Part shown: piece by piece, positions 45,656 through 58,400 of the stretch
Layout: the number at the start of each line of letters is the position of its first letter
Numbering within the stretch: the first letter of the stretch is position 1
Assembly (NCBI GenBank): GCA_000934665.2
Contig: KZ538041.1
Location: 62,001 to 126,000 of the forward strand
From: Catajapyx aquilonaris
Lineage: Eukaryota
Direction of reading: 5' to 3'
Length of the DNA stretch: 64,000 bases
The notes under the pieces: model-generated
Told to the model about the DNA's origin: nothing
The model's input: the letters and a program-made list of their open reading frames with translations, nothing else
The model's database searches: none
Translations under genes and position numbers: made by a program

Positions 45656-48600
45656 TTTCAGATTTTCTGGATCAACACTTCCGACCACTACATACAATCC
45701 AACCCACTGATAAGAAAAGTCTTAAATCACCTTGAAGAATACATAGCCCTCCTGCTCAAAGAGCAATAATTCGCACAAAATATTTACACATGTCACGCAG
45801 AGTAGGCGTACAAGCCTCTATGAGACGTGGGCCTATGCATGATGAATGAGCTTATCGACGCGACATTCTTTGACATAGAAAAGTGGCCCATATTGTACTG
45901 AATTTACATACTGCGTTGCCTGTTCTACGCATATTGGTTGTTTTCCCTACAGTCATACTATAAAATGTTATTATGAATTCATCAGGTAAAATGTGACCTA
46001 TTCAATTACTTGAGAATTATGATAAATTTTATTTTAGTAGTTTAGTAGAGAAAAGTAATGCGATTAACTACCGAGAGATACTTACGTTCTCCACGTACTG
46101 AATCTGCAGGTATAGCCTGTGATCTCAACTATCTTCAGTCCTGGCCATCCTGCTTCAATGAGAATTCAGAAACTGCTGTGCTGAATGCTCACTTGGGAAG
46201 TTAAAACCTACTCTGTCACATGCATGTTGCACTGTCTGCCTGTAGATCTATCTCCACAGTAAAGCACCCCGACTTTGTGAAAATTCCACGCAGACAGCTG
46301 CCACAACACTCTCGTCAGGTACAGCTCTTTACTTGAATCCAGAAAGGCAGTAATGCCCCAAATGGGTTTTTATTCTCCTCATCTTGTAAGTCGTCAGTAC
46401 AGTATAGGAACAATAGGCTTCTAGAGGATGGCGGGTGTGCATTGACTATATAAGTTATATAATATTGTAAAGAAGAAAATAACATCTGCAGCATATCAGA
46501 AACATTTCCGGCAGTTTTACAAAATATACTTCCGCATACGCATGCATCGGTAATAATGTTCCCAGGGAATGAAACATTCCAGTAACATCGACCCACAATC
46601 ACGTGGCATAACTCTAATGGCGATGGCGTGACCTTGACTCGTTCGAAGTCGTCAGCGAGGTGTGAAGCCCGGACTCCGCAGAGAAGTCGTTTGAAATATT
46701 AATGCTCATACATATTCCATATTCACGTTTGATCTTCAAAGTCAAGTAGAGCAGAAACATTTTCGTCGGCAACAGGAACCTCGCTTGGGTCTGCCATTGC
46801 TTTTGTGCAGATTACATTGCTTTACGCACTCTTCTTCTTACACGAACAATTGTCTCTTATTAACTTCCGAATCCCGCAAAGTTCCTTCAAAAAAATAAAG
46901 AGAGATGCTAAACTGCCACAGAAAAGGATGAAAAAAGGCCCTTCAACGTGATTCCACGAAAAGACCTCAGGATCATCCGCATCGTGCACATGGTTGAACG
47001 TCCTCCTGTTCATCGTGATCAGTGCCATTCTGTGACTCCAAAGTCTGTCGTACAACACCTGAAGACCAATGCTGTTGTACACTTGCATCCAGAAATCAAA
47101 GTTTTCGGCGTACATCGTGTCTTTCATAACGGCCACGGAAGTGTACACCAGAACTAAATTGTCTGACGATATGAAGGTCGTGCCCTCTCCGAAAGGATCG
47201 GCTACGAAAACCAATTCTCTCAGCGTAATGTCAGCTTCCAGGCACACGGTATGCTCCGTGTGGATGTCCCTGACGCAGTCATCATCATGGGGAACTGCTG
47301 TTATCTTTGAAAGAAATGCCCTGAATGGTGCCTTCGCGTCTTCGTCGACTGCGTTAATGAAAGCAGCTACGTTCCGAGTAGTTTTTACAGAAAATACTGA
47401 ATTTGCCACTTCGTTTATAGTCTCTGGCACGTATTCCCTAGGAGGGGACACGAGGATGTCGAAGAGTTTGCTGGTGTAACCTGTGCCAGCAATCAGGCAA
47501 AAGAATGCCCACATGACCAGAAAAACCCTGTGGGATGACGAATCTGGAAATGAATATTTCGGCTGCTCGACAACAAATCGCGTGAGGTACGTGACAACCG
47601 AACATGCGGAACGATACGGTGGATACGGTTCCTCAGGTCCGACTTGCATCTTGGAAAGGAAAACGACAAATACAATACACAGGATGAGTGCACTGACGAG
47701 ACAACACCAAGGTACCAGCTCATACGGCATGACAATTATCCACGGCGTGATATTGACTAGAGGTACACGTGCAATAAAAGTAACTCTGTACAATCGGTGA
47801 GGCGTTGCGAAAAAGAACAAATTGCTTAGCATATCCACCATGGGAAGTTGAGGAATGAAGGACAACTTTCCGGACTGAAAATCATTCAATACCTCAAATG
47901 CCACACTTGCGTCGCTCAGGACAGCCTCAAAGTCAAAGGCAATAATGCGCCATTTGAAATTAAGGGCAGCTCCCAAAAAGCACATTTGTCCGACACCGTA
48001 AGTCATAGAGCATTTGAGATGATCAGAACTGTAATAATCAATTCCTTCTAGAGATCCTCCATGCAGATCTCTGGTCCAGTCTGTGAGCAGTCCTTGTGCC
48101 AGCTCATAGCTGCTGTCCGTCCCTGTGACATTCACTAGCGCTGGCTCACCTTGGTCACAGAAGTGACACACTGATCTTGCGTCAAGGCTGCCATTTGCAA
48201 GAGGAGTGACTGCCACCTTGTACTTGATACTACTAGCAGGCCTTTCCATCAGGAATTCATCCTCCTGGAGTGCATCTCTGACCCAAAATACGAACCTGTC
48301 CTTGACCTTCCTCACCTTCATGATGCTTTCGTCTGGATCCAACAGTTGATCCATGATGTCTGCATAGTTCTGGGAGCAAGTAGCAACCAGAAATATGGCA
48401 CACTTGGCAGCTCGATCTGGTTCAGGGAATGTGGCCATGTCCATCTCTCCAGAAGCAGAATGAGTGCAGTCCCACGTACTTTGGGACATGACCTGAGTGA
48501 CCACCGAGGGTCGTCCGGCCTGAGACATGTTGCGGAAAAACTCGTCAATCTCCTTGGGAAGAGGGCCGTAGACATCGTGAGTTACCACCACAGGGCACTG

Positions 48601-49542
48601 GGCGTCCCAAAGCAGCTCGTGTCCGAACAGGTCTTTCATAAGCTGAGGAACCGAATGGTCTGTTGTTCCCGAAAAAGCACCGTTCATGGACACTATACCG
48701 TCAGCAGTGATTAAAAGGGAAGTTAAAGTGGCTATCACACACAGCACCTTCATTTCCAATTTTTCTGGATCAACCTTTCCGACCACTATATGCAATGCAA
48801 TCCACTGATACCAAAGTCTTAAATTACATTGAAGCATACTCTGCAGTTAATTCTAAATATTTACACATCCCACACAGAGTAGGCGTACAAGGAAGCCTCT
48901 ATGAGACGTGGGTGTATGAATGACGAATGAGCTTATCGACGCCACACGGTGCTCTATTCCTTGACCAGGAAGTGGCCCGTATTATACTGAATTTACATAC
49001 TGTGCTTCCTGGTCTATGCATATTGGTAGTTTTACCCTACACGCTATAACAATGTTATTAAGAATTCATCAGGTAAAATGTGACCTATTTAATTACTTGA
49101 GAATTAGGATAAACTTTAAGTAGTTTAGTAGAGAAAAGTAATGTGATTAACTACCGAGAGATACTTACGTTCTCCATGTACTGAATCTGCAGGTAGCCTA
49201 CATTGACGACCTGTGATCTCCACACAGCCCCTCCCTTCTTCAGTCCTGGGCCTCCTGCTTCAATGAGAATTCAGAAACTGCTGCTCTGAATGCTCACTTG
49301 GGAAGTTAAAACCTACTCAGTCACATGCTTGTTGCACTGTCTGCCTGGAGATCTCCACAGGAAAGGACCTCGTATGTGTGAAAATTCCACGCAGACAACT
49401 GCCACAACATAGTCGCCAGGTACAACTCTTTAATTGAATCAAGAAAGGCAGTAATGCCTCAAGCGGGTTTTTATTGGCTCTCCTCATGTTGTAAGTCGTG
49501 AGTACAGTTGGAACACTAGGTATCTAGAGGATGGCGGCTGTG
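43611..49542. repeat. Tandem segmental duplication, ~3.1 kb unit (IR gene plus flanks)
   Basis: Similarity extends beyond the CDS. Downstream 43637-43710 matches 46729-46792; upstream 45780-46440 matches 48857-49542 (e.g. ttcatcaggtaaaatgtgacctatt, ctagaggatggcgg). Confidence 0.9.
46822..48753 (-). CDS. Divergent ionotropic receptor (variant iGluR chemoreceptor family), intronless
   Basis: Single ORF, ~640 aa from signal-peptide Met MKVLCVIATLTSLLITADG. IR topology: N-terminal region with VCHFC, PYELVPW + M1, pore region, HRVFLVMWAFFCLIAGTGYTSKLFDILVSP, S2 region, and a final TM FSWNHVEGPFFIL. Confidence 0.85.
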   Translation of the reverse strand: MKVLCVIATLTSLLITADGIVSMNGAFSGTTDHSVPQLMKDLFGHELLWDAQCPVVVTHDVYGPLPKEIDEFFRNMSQAGRPSVVTQVMSQSTWDCTHSASGEMDMATFPEPDRAAKCAIFLVATCSQNYADIMDQLLDPDESIMKVRKVKDRFVFWVRDALQEDEFLMERPASSIKYKVAVTPLANGSLDARSVCHFCDQGEPALVNVTGTDSSYELAQGLLTDWTRDLHGGSLEGIDYYSSDHLKCSMTYGVGQMCFLGAALNFKWRIIAFDFEAVLSDASVAFEVLNDFQSGKLSFIPQLPMVDMLSNLFFFATPHRLYRVTFIARVPLVNITPWIIVMPYELVPWCCLVSALILCIVFVVFLSKMQVGPEEPYPPYRSACSVVTYLTRFVVEQPKYSFPDSSSHRVFLVMWAFFCLIAGTGYTSKLFDILVSPPREYVPETINEVANSVFSVKTTRNVAAFINAVDEDAKAPFRAFLSKITAVPHDDDCVRDIHTEHTVCLEADITLRELVFVADPFGEGTTFISSDNLVLVYTSVAVMKDTMYAENFDFWMQVYNSIGLQVLYDRLWSHRMALITMNRRTFNHVHDADDPEVFSWNHVEGPFFILFCGSLASLFIFLKELCGIRKLIRDNCSCKKKSA

Positions 49543-52494
49543 CTTTTTCCCCATCCGCCACCACAGGACACCTAAGCCCTCATTCTTTTACCTTATTACT
49601 TCATAATACACTCTTCAGGAACTCAAGATCAACCTCCTAGGTGTGATAAAACAATAAAATATTAAAACAAATCTTGGTCACTTTTTGAAGTTGCAAGAGT
49701 TATGGTACCCGCAGATACTGACAAAACAAAGCCAAAGCTTGCTTGATAGCAACGTAAGTTGTCTCTTGATGGCGTATTCTCTCCATTTTTGTACAACTGC
49801 CCCAATTGGTCAGCTTATGATCATGTCTCTCGTGGATTCTCTTCCTGGGCTCAATGTTAAAAATAAAATAGAGATTGTACTACCTTACTGCTCTTGTAGT
49901 GAAACTGCCAACAGGCACTGTCTGAAATCCCACCATCTCATGATCCTGCACCTGGCAGGAAATCATGATCTTTAGATTTTCCAAAACTTCGGCACGATCT
50001 CTTTCAACGTCCATTGGAAGTTTCACTACATACAGCATTCAGAAATTAACACATTCATTATCACAAAATGATGGAATCACAGTCAATCTGCTATGCCTAT
50101 AATACACTGCATTTAATTCCAGCAAATAGCGAAAGCAAGTTTCTACTTAAATAAATTTAATTTCCATAAATTGCACATATCCTTCCAAAACTTTATGGAG
50201 ATATTAAAGCGCATGGGAACCAAGAGTCATGCTTGACGATTAACTAGATGCAGCCTTAATCCTGAAGAAAGATTCAGTACAGTTTCACCCATGGCTATTT
50301 CATGGCGACCTTTGTCCCAATGGCAACTGGTTCCCTTGTGCACGTTCTCCTAAATTTCATACATTCTTTATCCCCACTCCCCCATTGATATAAGTTCTCA
50401 TTAAAATTCTAAATAAACGTAAGCAGACTTAATACTTTTTCCATCGAAGATTCCGTCCCTTACACTTTGACTTAGAGGCAACAATAATGAAGACCTTGTT
50501 TCCAGGAGGCTCTAGATCCATTATCATAAAATTTCTGTCAACATCACCCTGATATTTAATATTGCCAAGGGCCTCGCAGAACTGCCACGCCAAAAAGTTA
50601 CTCCCAATGACTGCGGCAAAAGCATGATGAATGATAGCCAGCAATACATTGTAACGATTAAAATGGACCTGCAGCTTTTGGAAACAAGCTCTTCAATGTT
50701 TCCTTTATTGGTAGTTCTCAAAAGCTTGAAGTGGGCTACTATTGATGGACAGCGCACAACTAAGGAACAATACGAGACGTTATTAGACAAGAAGAGTCCA
50801 AGTGACTATGACCTGCTGATTGCAAAAATAAAGACTCCTTCAATAAGACTGGGAGACAAATGGGAATGTGCGTTATCGAGGAGAGCCTATGGATCTGACT
50901 GGAGTTTCTCCCATGAATTCCAGCAGTAACTTCCACTGAGATCACCTTTTCCTGCTCTATTATTTGTTTCTCATTACTCAATAATGATCACTCAGAATCC
51001 AAACAATTTGCCTGAGCCATCACACTGAGTGGAATGCAGGAAAAAAAAAACTTTCCGTACAGGACTAGAGGCCTTGTTTACCTAACATACTTTTGGAAAT
51101 TGGACACAATCATGTGGGAGGGGGCAGGGTCTCACATTACGGTCCTGTATAAAAGACACACACTGATCATTTGGCCTCAAAACTCGGAAGGGAAACAATT
51201 TAACTAGCTGTTGCAACAAACTTCTTTTATGCTAGTTCCTGCCTGATTTTTTTTTTCTTCTTCCTCTTCTTCTTTAAAAGGAGTACATTAGTTTGAAAGC
51301 AAAATTGCAAGGACTGAAATTGAGCCAATAATATTGGTAACCACTCAATTCCAATACAGGAAAAGTAGAGTTCAGCTAATCTGCAACATTTGGTACACAT
51401 AACCAGATTCACACAGTTTTAAAACTGTTCAGGAGTTCGTCTTCTCTTTTTGCATGATGAGAATTAATCACCAGAGAGAGCAAAACCGATGGTAATAAGA
51501 GAATCGAAAAACGGAAATAATATGCATAGATGTGTTTTCTCGGTCCAAGAATCCTCTAGAAATGTTGCAAAGCAGTCGGCAGCAACAGTGGTGGCAGCGG
51601 CAGCAAAAAGAGAAGTAGGTGGGACTTGAGACTCGACCAACTCAGTCAGCTTCAAACACAATCACCACACTTGGCTTTGACCTGTCTCCAACAATATTCC
51701 CATGGGAACGGAAAAAAAAAATTTAAAAAAATGGATAGAACTCCAAAGTTCAAAGTTGATATTGCTAGCTATAACGTCGTACTCATAATTTCTATGGGTT
51801 ATAGTCTGTGGGGATTTTGGTGTGATAACACTGATTCTGCACCAAAGGAAGTTCACTCCTCTCTTCCTCTTGCAGCTGTTCACCAATATAATATATCTTT
51901 TAATATTTTTTTATATGCCTGTTGAGCAAAAAATAACATCTGTGTCCTCCAGCCATCAATTTGAATCTCCGTCAGCAGAAAGATTTGTGCCAACACCATC
52001 CATCCATACATCCATCCATCCACCAATCCTTCAATGGCAACTTGGAACCCATGAGCAATTACAGCATCGTCGAAACTTTTCTTCCTGAAGAACTCCTTCC
52101 TGAATTATTACTATTATTTTTTTTGTGTACCGTAGCTACTCCTTTTTTGGCATCGTTCTGTCAGCATCCACCCAACCATACTGGAAGCCTGCTGGGAATT
52201 TCTTCTTCCCTCTGTAGGAATGTTTGGTTTTTTTTTTTTTTTGTTGTAAACCAGAAATGGGTTTGTGGAGAGGGATTTTTGAGGTGGAAAAAAAAAGTTG
52301 GGCAGAAAAGAAAAAAAAATCGTTGAGAGGCTACGGTGAAAGGTAGGTGGGTAGGTTGGTGGTTCAATCCTTTAAGGCAAAAAGTCACACACTCACTCTT
52401 CCCACACTTCTCCACAGCATAATGCATGGGAAGGGGTGGAACTGGCCATCGCAATCAGCACAAAAATAAAGCTTCATATCGAGCCAGTTCAATA

Positions 52495-55400
52495 TCAGTA
52501 CACCCATGACACTGGAATCCACTGCGCAGAGGTGTGCACCTTTTCGATGGCTTTCTCCAGGGAAATGATTGTCTCTTCGATGTCATTATTTACTATTGTT
52601 AGGTCGAAGAAGTGCCCATACGCCTGCTTCAAAAGGTCAGATTCCCTGGCCAGTCGCTCCAGACTACCATCATACTGAAAAGCATGTACGTTCAGTTAGA
52701 CTGGCAGTTTAACTCTTAAAGACATGATGAGAAGATAGAGAGAAGAAAAAAGTAACGTACACTCACATCAGTCATGTTTTGAAGCGATGGTGCTGCAATG
52801 AATACAACGTAAGGTGCAAACTCAGATGTCCGCAGGACTTTTAGGGCCTGAGGTTCCACATCCAATATGGCCACCTTCCCATCTGTGTGGATCTGTCGGA
52901 TAGTCTCCAACTTCGTTCCATACATGGCATCTTCATGAGTTCCTGCATAAGGCCATGCGTAGAGTGCCGTCAGTACTCATGTTCTGTGTGACCTGCCTAA
53001 TAGCTACTATTGTGGTCGAAAAGATGAAGGCAATCCATGTTGCAAAGCTACATAGGGCACACTGTAACATTGGTGGTGCTCCAAAATGAATACCAATTTC
53101 CAGTGAACTCCTTGAAGCCTTGCCATGAATGAGTTGTCGTCATCTTTCTGACTCAAATATTGCGCATGAATTTTGCTTACCATATTCCAAATACTCATTG
53201 CCAGCAATGTCTGACATCATCTCCTCATGTGACACAAAATAATAGTTACGTCCATTCTCTTCATCCTTTCGTGGAGGCCTAGTGGTATCTGCCAATAAAA
53301 CATTTTTATTTAGTAATATCAATTGGCTACAGACACTACCTAGAATAGTTTTGTGACACTTGATAAAAAACTATGAGCCCTGCTTTTTAATGCAGACAGT
53401 TGCTGCAAATGATCATTGAGCAGTGTACTTTGTTCTTTCAAACAAGTCAGTTGACTGTAGGTGACTTGTTCATTATTGAACTTTAGCCTCGTCCCACGAC
53501 AGGATTTTAAATGTACTGTATTTATGTGGCAAATAATGGTAACCTGTTTAGCACAGAAATGTTTTACAGACAGAACGACTGAACGAGTCAGGTTTCACTG
53601 TACTTGAAAACAATTACGGCATTATTATCACGTTTCAAACCTGCTGCAACAAAATATTGACATACTGTAGTGGCAGTCAGGTACTAGTGTAGTGCTTTAG
53701 ATCAATCACCCTGCACTAGTGTGAGCAAAAAAGGAATGGCAAAAAACGACCTGTAATATGTACGTAATAATGTAGGCCCTATGTACAAAAACACTCAGGG
53801 TATGAATATGTTTCATGTATTTTTTTAGATGTCATTCTGCTGTCATGCCTCCAACTTTTCCCACAGCAGCGTAATGAAGAAGTACAGTGCATAGTAATTA
53901 ACTGCCACTCATTAGGTGCACACGGGCCTGCACTAATTGCGTGATTCAATGGCAAAAAGATGGAACACACAGCAGCTTGCTTACGTGGAATTGGGTACGC
54001 ATAGCTGTCTGGATGCTTGGATATGAGAGTGTTTTTGATGTGTCGCCTCCCAACCCCGTGGGCTCCCAGTAGCACCAAGGTCTTCCTCTGGAACGCTGCA
54101 ATGCAAATGAACTCATTAGTGAAACTGTCGGCCACCTTTGAACATCCAGACTTTACCAGGTAATTTAACAACTTCTTCATAAGTGACAAGATCCAACTGA
54201 TCAAAAACTGCATTATGCTTGGCCAGGTACTTGTCTCTGTATTGCTTCTTCTTCCTTCCAAAGAAGGAACAGTTGACTGAAAAAAAAAGAACAAAAAGGA
54301 GCAAGGATCAGTCTCAAGCTGCCCCGAATGAGGACAATCCCTCCAACCTTGTTCCCTCTTGCTCTTCTCCACTGCCGCACAAGCAGTGCGCCACTCCTGA
54401 AGCTCAGGAGAAGGAATAAGTCCGGCTGTGCCTGCAGCATTGTCCTTGCGAGCTTGCCACCAATTATGGTCGTCTTTGGAGATGATCTTTGTAACATTGA
54501 ACAAAACGAATTGTTAGAAATGAGCTTGAACGTTGAAGATTTTTTTTTTTTTTTTGGAAAACGGGTCTTCACCTGCAAGATGTCACCTGTTTTGAACGAA
54601 ATCCCAGCCTGTGCACACGGAATGAGGTCATCGTCAAGAGGATCATAGTCAAACTGCGCTCGGACGAATATCTGCAAAGGAAAAGATACACGGCTTCCGC
54701 TTTCTGCCAGTTTCCAAACTTTTAAACTTTAATTCACACTGCACATTTACAGACTTGAGAACAAACAAACTGTGTAGTTAACATCAACACACACACACAT
54801 ACTGTGACACCAAAAGCATGCAGACTTCAGTACTGCGTGTTTATCAGCGAAGAGTACACTCCACCAAGGAAGAACGTAAATTTGACTTAGTTGTGTGCAA
54901 CTGAATGAAAAAGAATTAGAAGTACAGTATGAGGAAAAAAAAACTACCAAGAAATAAGCAAGGAAATATATCTCGACAGTAGAAACACAGAATAAAAAAC
55001 GTTAATAATGATAATAAAAAAAACGCAAAGCTGTGTGAACCTTCTTACTGGATAACTGGTTTTTTTGTGCCACACATTGATAACATATTCTCACAGCAGC
55101 GGCAATATTTGTACCATTCCTCGTAATCATCAAAGTGTCTTATTTCATAGAGCAACATGATGAACGAAACGGTTCACACAATAGCCATCCTTAACTAGCC
55201 ATCATAGGAAACCAGCTTTCAGTATTGTACCTACGCGCAACACGGACCAAAAAACGCGATTCAAACACGGTACTTCCTACCCCGCAAAGGCGACATAAAA
55301 CATAGCTCGGGAACATTTGTTTTCCACGCAAAAAAAAAAAACGTTGCCGAGTTATGACCTAATCTGCTTCTGCTTCAGGGAGTGTTGTTCAGGTTATGTT

Positions 55401-58400
55401 TCCTTAGACATTTTTTTTTTTCTTGGCTACAATTAACGCTGGTCCTGGTAACTCGTCTGGTCAAGAGTAGTCTCTTTGTTGAGGATGGCTAAGGTTAGTG
55501 CAGGGTTCCAGACAAACAACAGCATATCCAGGAGAAGAGGGTGGCAAGTCGCATACTTACTAAGACCGGAAGAGGATTTATCCTGAACAACTGCTCCCCA
55601 GGAAGAGAAGAAAGGAGAACACGTTAGGCGCGTAAACCAGTCAACGTGATAAGAATCGGGGCCTCAACACTTCTCAATTCTCTCTTTTTATCCCCTTTTG
55701 TTTTTTTGATCCTATGAGAATTTGTCCAGAAAAACAAACAATCCGATGCAACAAAAATATTTTAAAACAAATTTATCATTCAATCCCCAAAAAACTGACA
55801 GTGCAAATGAATCTGGATTTCCCCTATGAGGCAGAGTCTACTTCGGTCTGTCATAGAAAGGATATCGCCTACGGTTTCGAAACAAGCAACTTTTTCTACT
55901 GAGGTATTTTGGTTCTGCTTGCAAAAAACAAAAGGATCCTGTGCTCCCAGACATCTGTCTGATGTAGCTGGACAGCCGCAGGGGCAAAGAATATAAGGTG
56001 GTCAACTGTTGTTTGCTGCACTCCTGCACCCGGAACATAAAAGCCACGCTTACTACTATTACGAGTACAAGGCATGTCGCAGGAAAGCAATCTCCTCTAC
56101 ACTTATGTTCTCTTTTTCAAGGTGCAACAGATGCGTTGGCAATGCTTTTGGCCGGCCCAAATAAAGAAAGGAGAAAAAATATATATATAGGAGGCAAGTC
56201 CTGGTACCATCTCATCACCGTTGCTTCCCCATCTCAAGCACACCGTGGCTTCAATAATTCACGTACAAGACCGAAAAAAAGAGATGAGCAAAGTGGATGG
56301 GACGGCTCATATAAAAGCCCATGATACGGGGGGGCAAGGGAGTGAGATGGACCTGGCTGCAGTTCCTACAACATGCGATGTAATCATGTGACGTACACTA
56401 TGTATGTTTGCAGATGCTGCACTGCCGCTTGTTACATCTTGACTCATACCGTGAGTGATATATAATATTGTGCAATGAAATGCGCACCAGGAGAGCGAGT
56501 GTAACTAACGATCTATGGCTGATGGAATAATAAAAAATGAGTCCCTTTAGGCAAGTACAGTGGTCCTTGGCTGTTTGAGTGTTCCAGTTAGTGTCCCTGG
56601 ACCACTACACAGATGCCTAACAGCTCCATACACTCCCATCATACCTTTATTAAGCTAATGAGTGGCAAGTTTACAATAATTGTCTTCCTGTCATGACTTT
56701 GGCATTATATAATTGGCGGCATTATTTATTTATTTATTTACTGGCTCATTTCCACAAAGAAGCACAACTGCCATGACTATCGGATGAATAAGACACTGAG
56801 TATTTCGATCTCAATGTAAAACTTGTGTAAATAGTTGGCACAATTGTAAAAAGACTGTCCTGGTTCAGCATAACGTTTACCACTCTTCGGGCCAAACAAG
56901 AGCGACACCGCAAAACCTTGCTCAAGGTAAAGGAATAAATGATGAAATGATGGAAAAATGAACAGCATAATTTTTTTAAAAAACGAGCCAAGCATGCAAA
57001 TAACTCAATAATAAAAATAGCAGTAATCAGGCAATCAAGCCCCAGTCCAACATATGCGGCATGGCAACACTGCGCTTCCAAACAAAACAAAAAAAACTTG
57101 AAAGAAATTTTTTGTTTCCTTCATATCCCCTGAAGGAGCTTTCCAAGTTACATGCCGAGTGTGGGTCTCACCAAACCACACACCCTGGGGGAGGCGACAC
57201 ACAGGCAAAAAAAGCAGTCAGCATCAGCAGCAATTTTCGTTAGGGCAAGTCAGAGCATAAAGAACCAGCCTTTTTACGACATCCCCCAACTACTCCTGAA
57301 CTAAACGAAATATCCCGAGGCAAGAAAATGAACGAGTGAGCTTGTGGTATATGATCATGTATGAGAGATATTTATATATATATATATCTAAAAAAATGAG
57401 AGAGAAATGGCCCGAAGAGGCAAGTGGAATCCTTGTGCTCTGGCTTGAAATCCTCAGTCGAGGGGAGCCCTTTGTTTCAAGTCAGCCAGGCAGGGGTAGA
57501 GGGCAGCGGGGCTTACTTGTACCTCACAGGGTGGCGGCGCACTGCGGTACGAAGGTACGATCTTGAACGTCACAGACCCTCGAGCTTCACGCTGTCAGGT
57601 TCAGAGAGGAAAAATGGGAGCCATTAGTAAAACCATAATGGCCTGGAGACACAGGTGGCAAAATGTGTTTACGAGTCTGTCCACACACTATATTCGAGTT
57701 ATGGTAGTGCAGGGCACAGGTGTGGCACGGAGGGTCATCATTCAGAAAGTGCACGTCGTCTTAACAACATGCACTCTAGTTTTCAGAAGAACACTGAGGT
57801 TACTGCTAGAGTGCTAGTCCTTTAAACCAAAGAACGATCTGACGTCACGTTCAGCTCCTCCAATCATATCCCCGAATCACTCTGCAAGCATACTGCGCAT
57901 GATCAGCTGGCATACTGCGCATGATCAGCTGGCATACGGCGCATGATCAGCTGGCATACGGCGCATGATCAGCTGGCATACCGCGCATGATCAGCTGGCA
58001 TACCGCGCATGATCAGCTGGCATACTGCGCATGATCAGCTGGCATACCGCGCATGATCAGCTGGCATACTGCGCATGATCAGCTGGTGTGACGTCAGATC
58101 GTTCTTTGGTTTAAATGTAGCCGGAGCTGATAAGGTGCACTGTCCAGGCCGCATGGGAGTGCCAGAAATCCGCATTTGAGACCGAGCTTGAAATTGGCAA
58201 AAAACTGCAAGAACCGCCCTGGGATCAAACCCGGGCCAAGCGAAACGTCCGGCAAGGGAGGCATAGTGGCCTAGACTTAATCTGACCCTTGGCAGGGATA
58301 TAGCAAAGCCCCCATACCTGTCCAATAAAACCTGCACCCAAGCACCTCACTTTTTGTCTGTGTGTTGTCCTGGTGGTCCAATTAGTTAAGTGGCAAGCGC

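Noticed and set aside
50624..50929. 101-aa ORF between the IR pair and the CASK 3' end
   Set aside because: No recognisable domain, splice structure or paralog in the window; cannot be supported without a search.
57888..58085. CRISPR-like array
   Set aside because: Units are head-to-tail with no unique spacers, there are no cas genes, and the context is a eukaryotic intron; it is a minisatellite.
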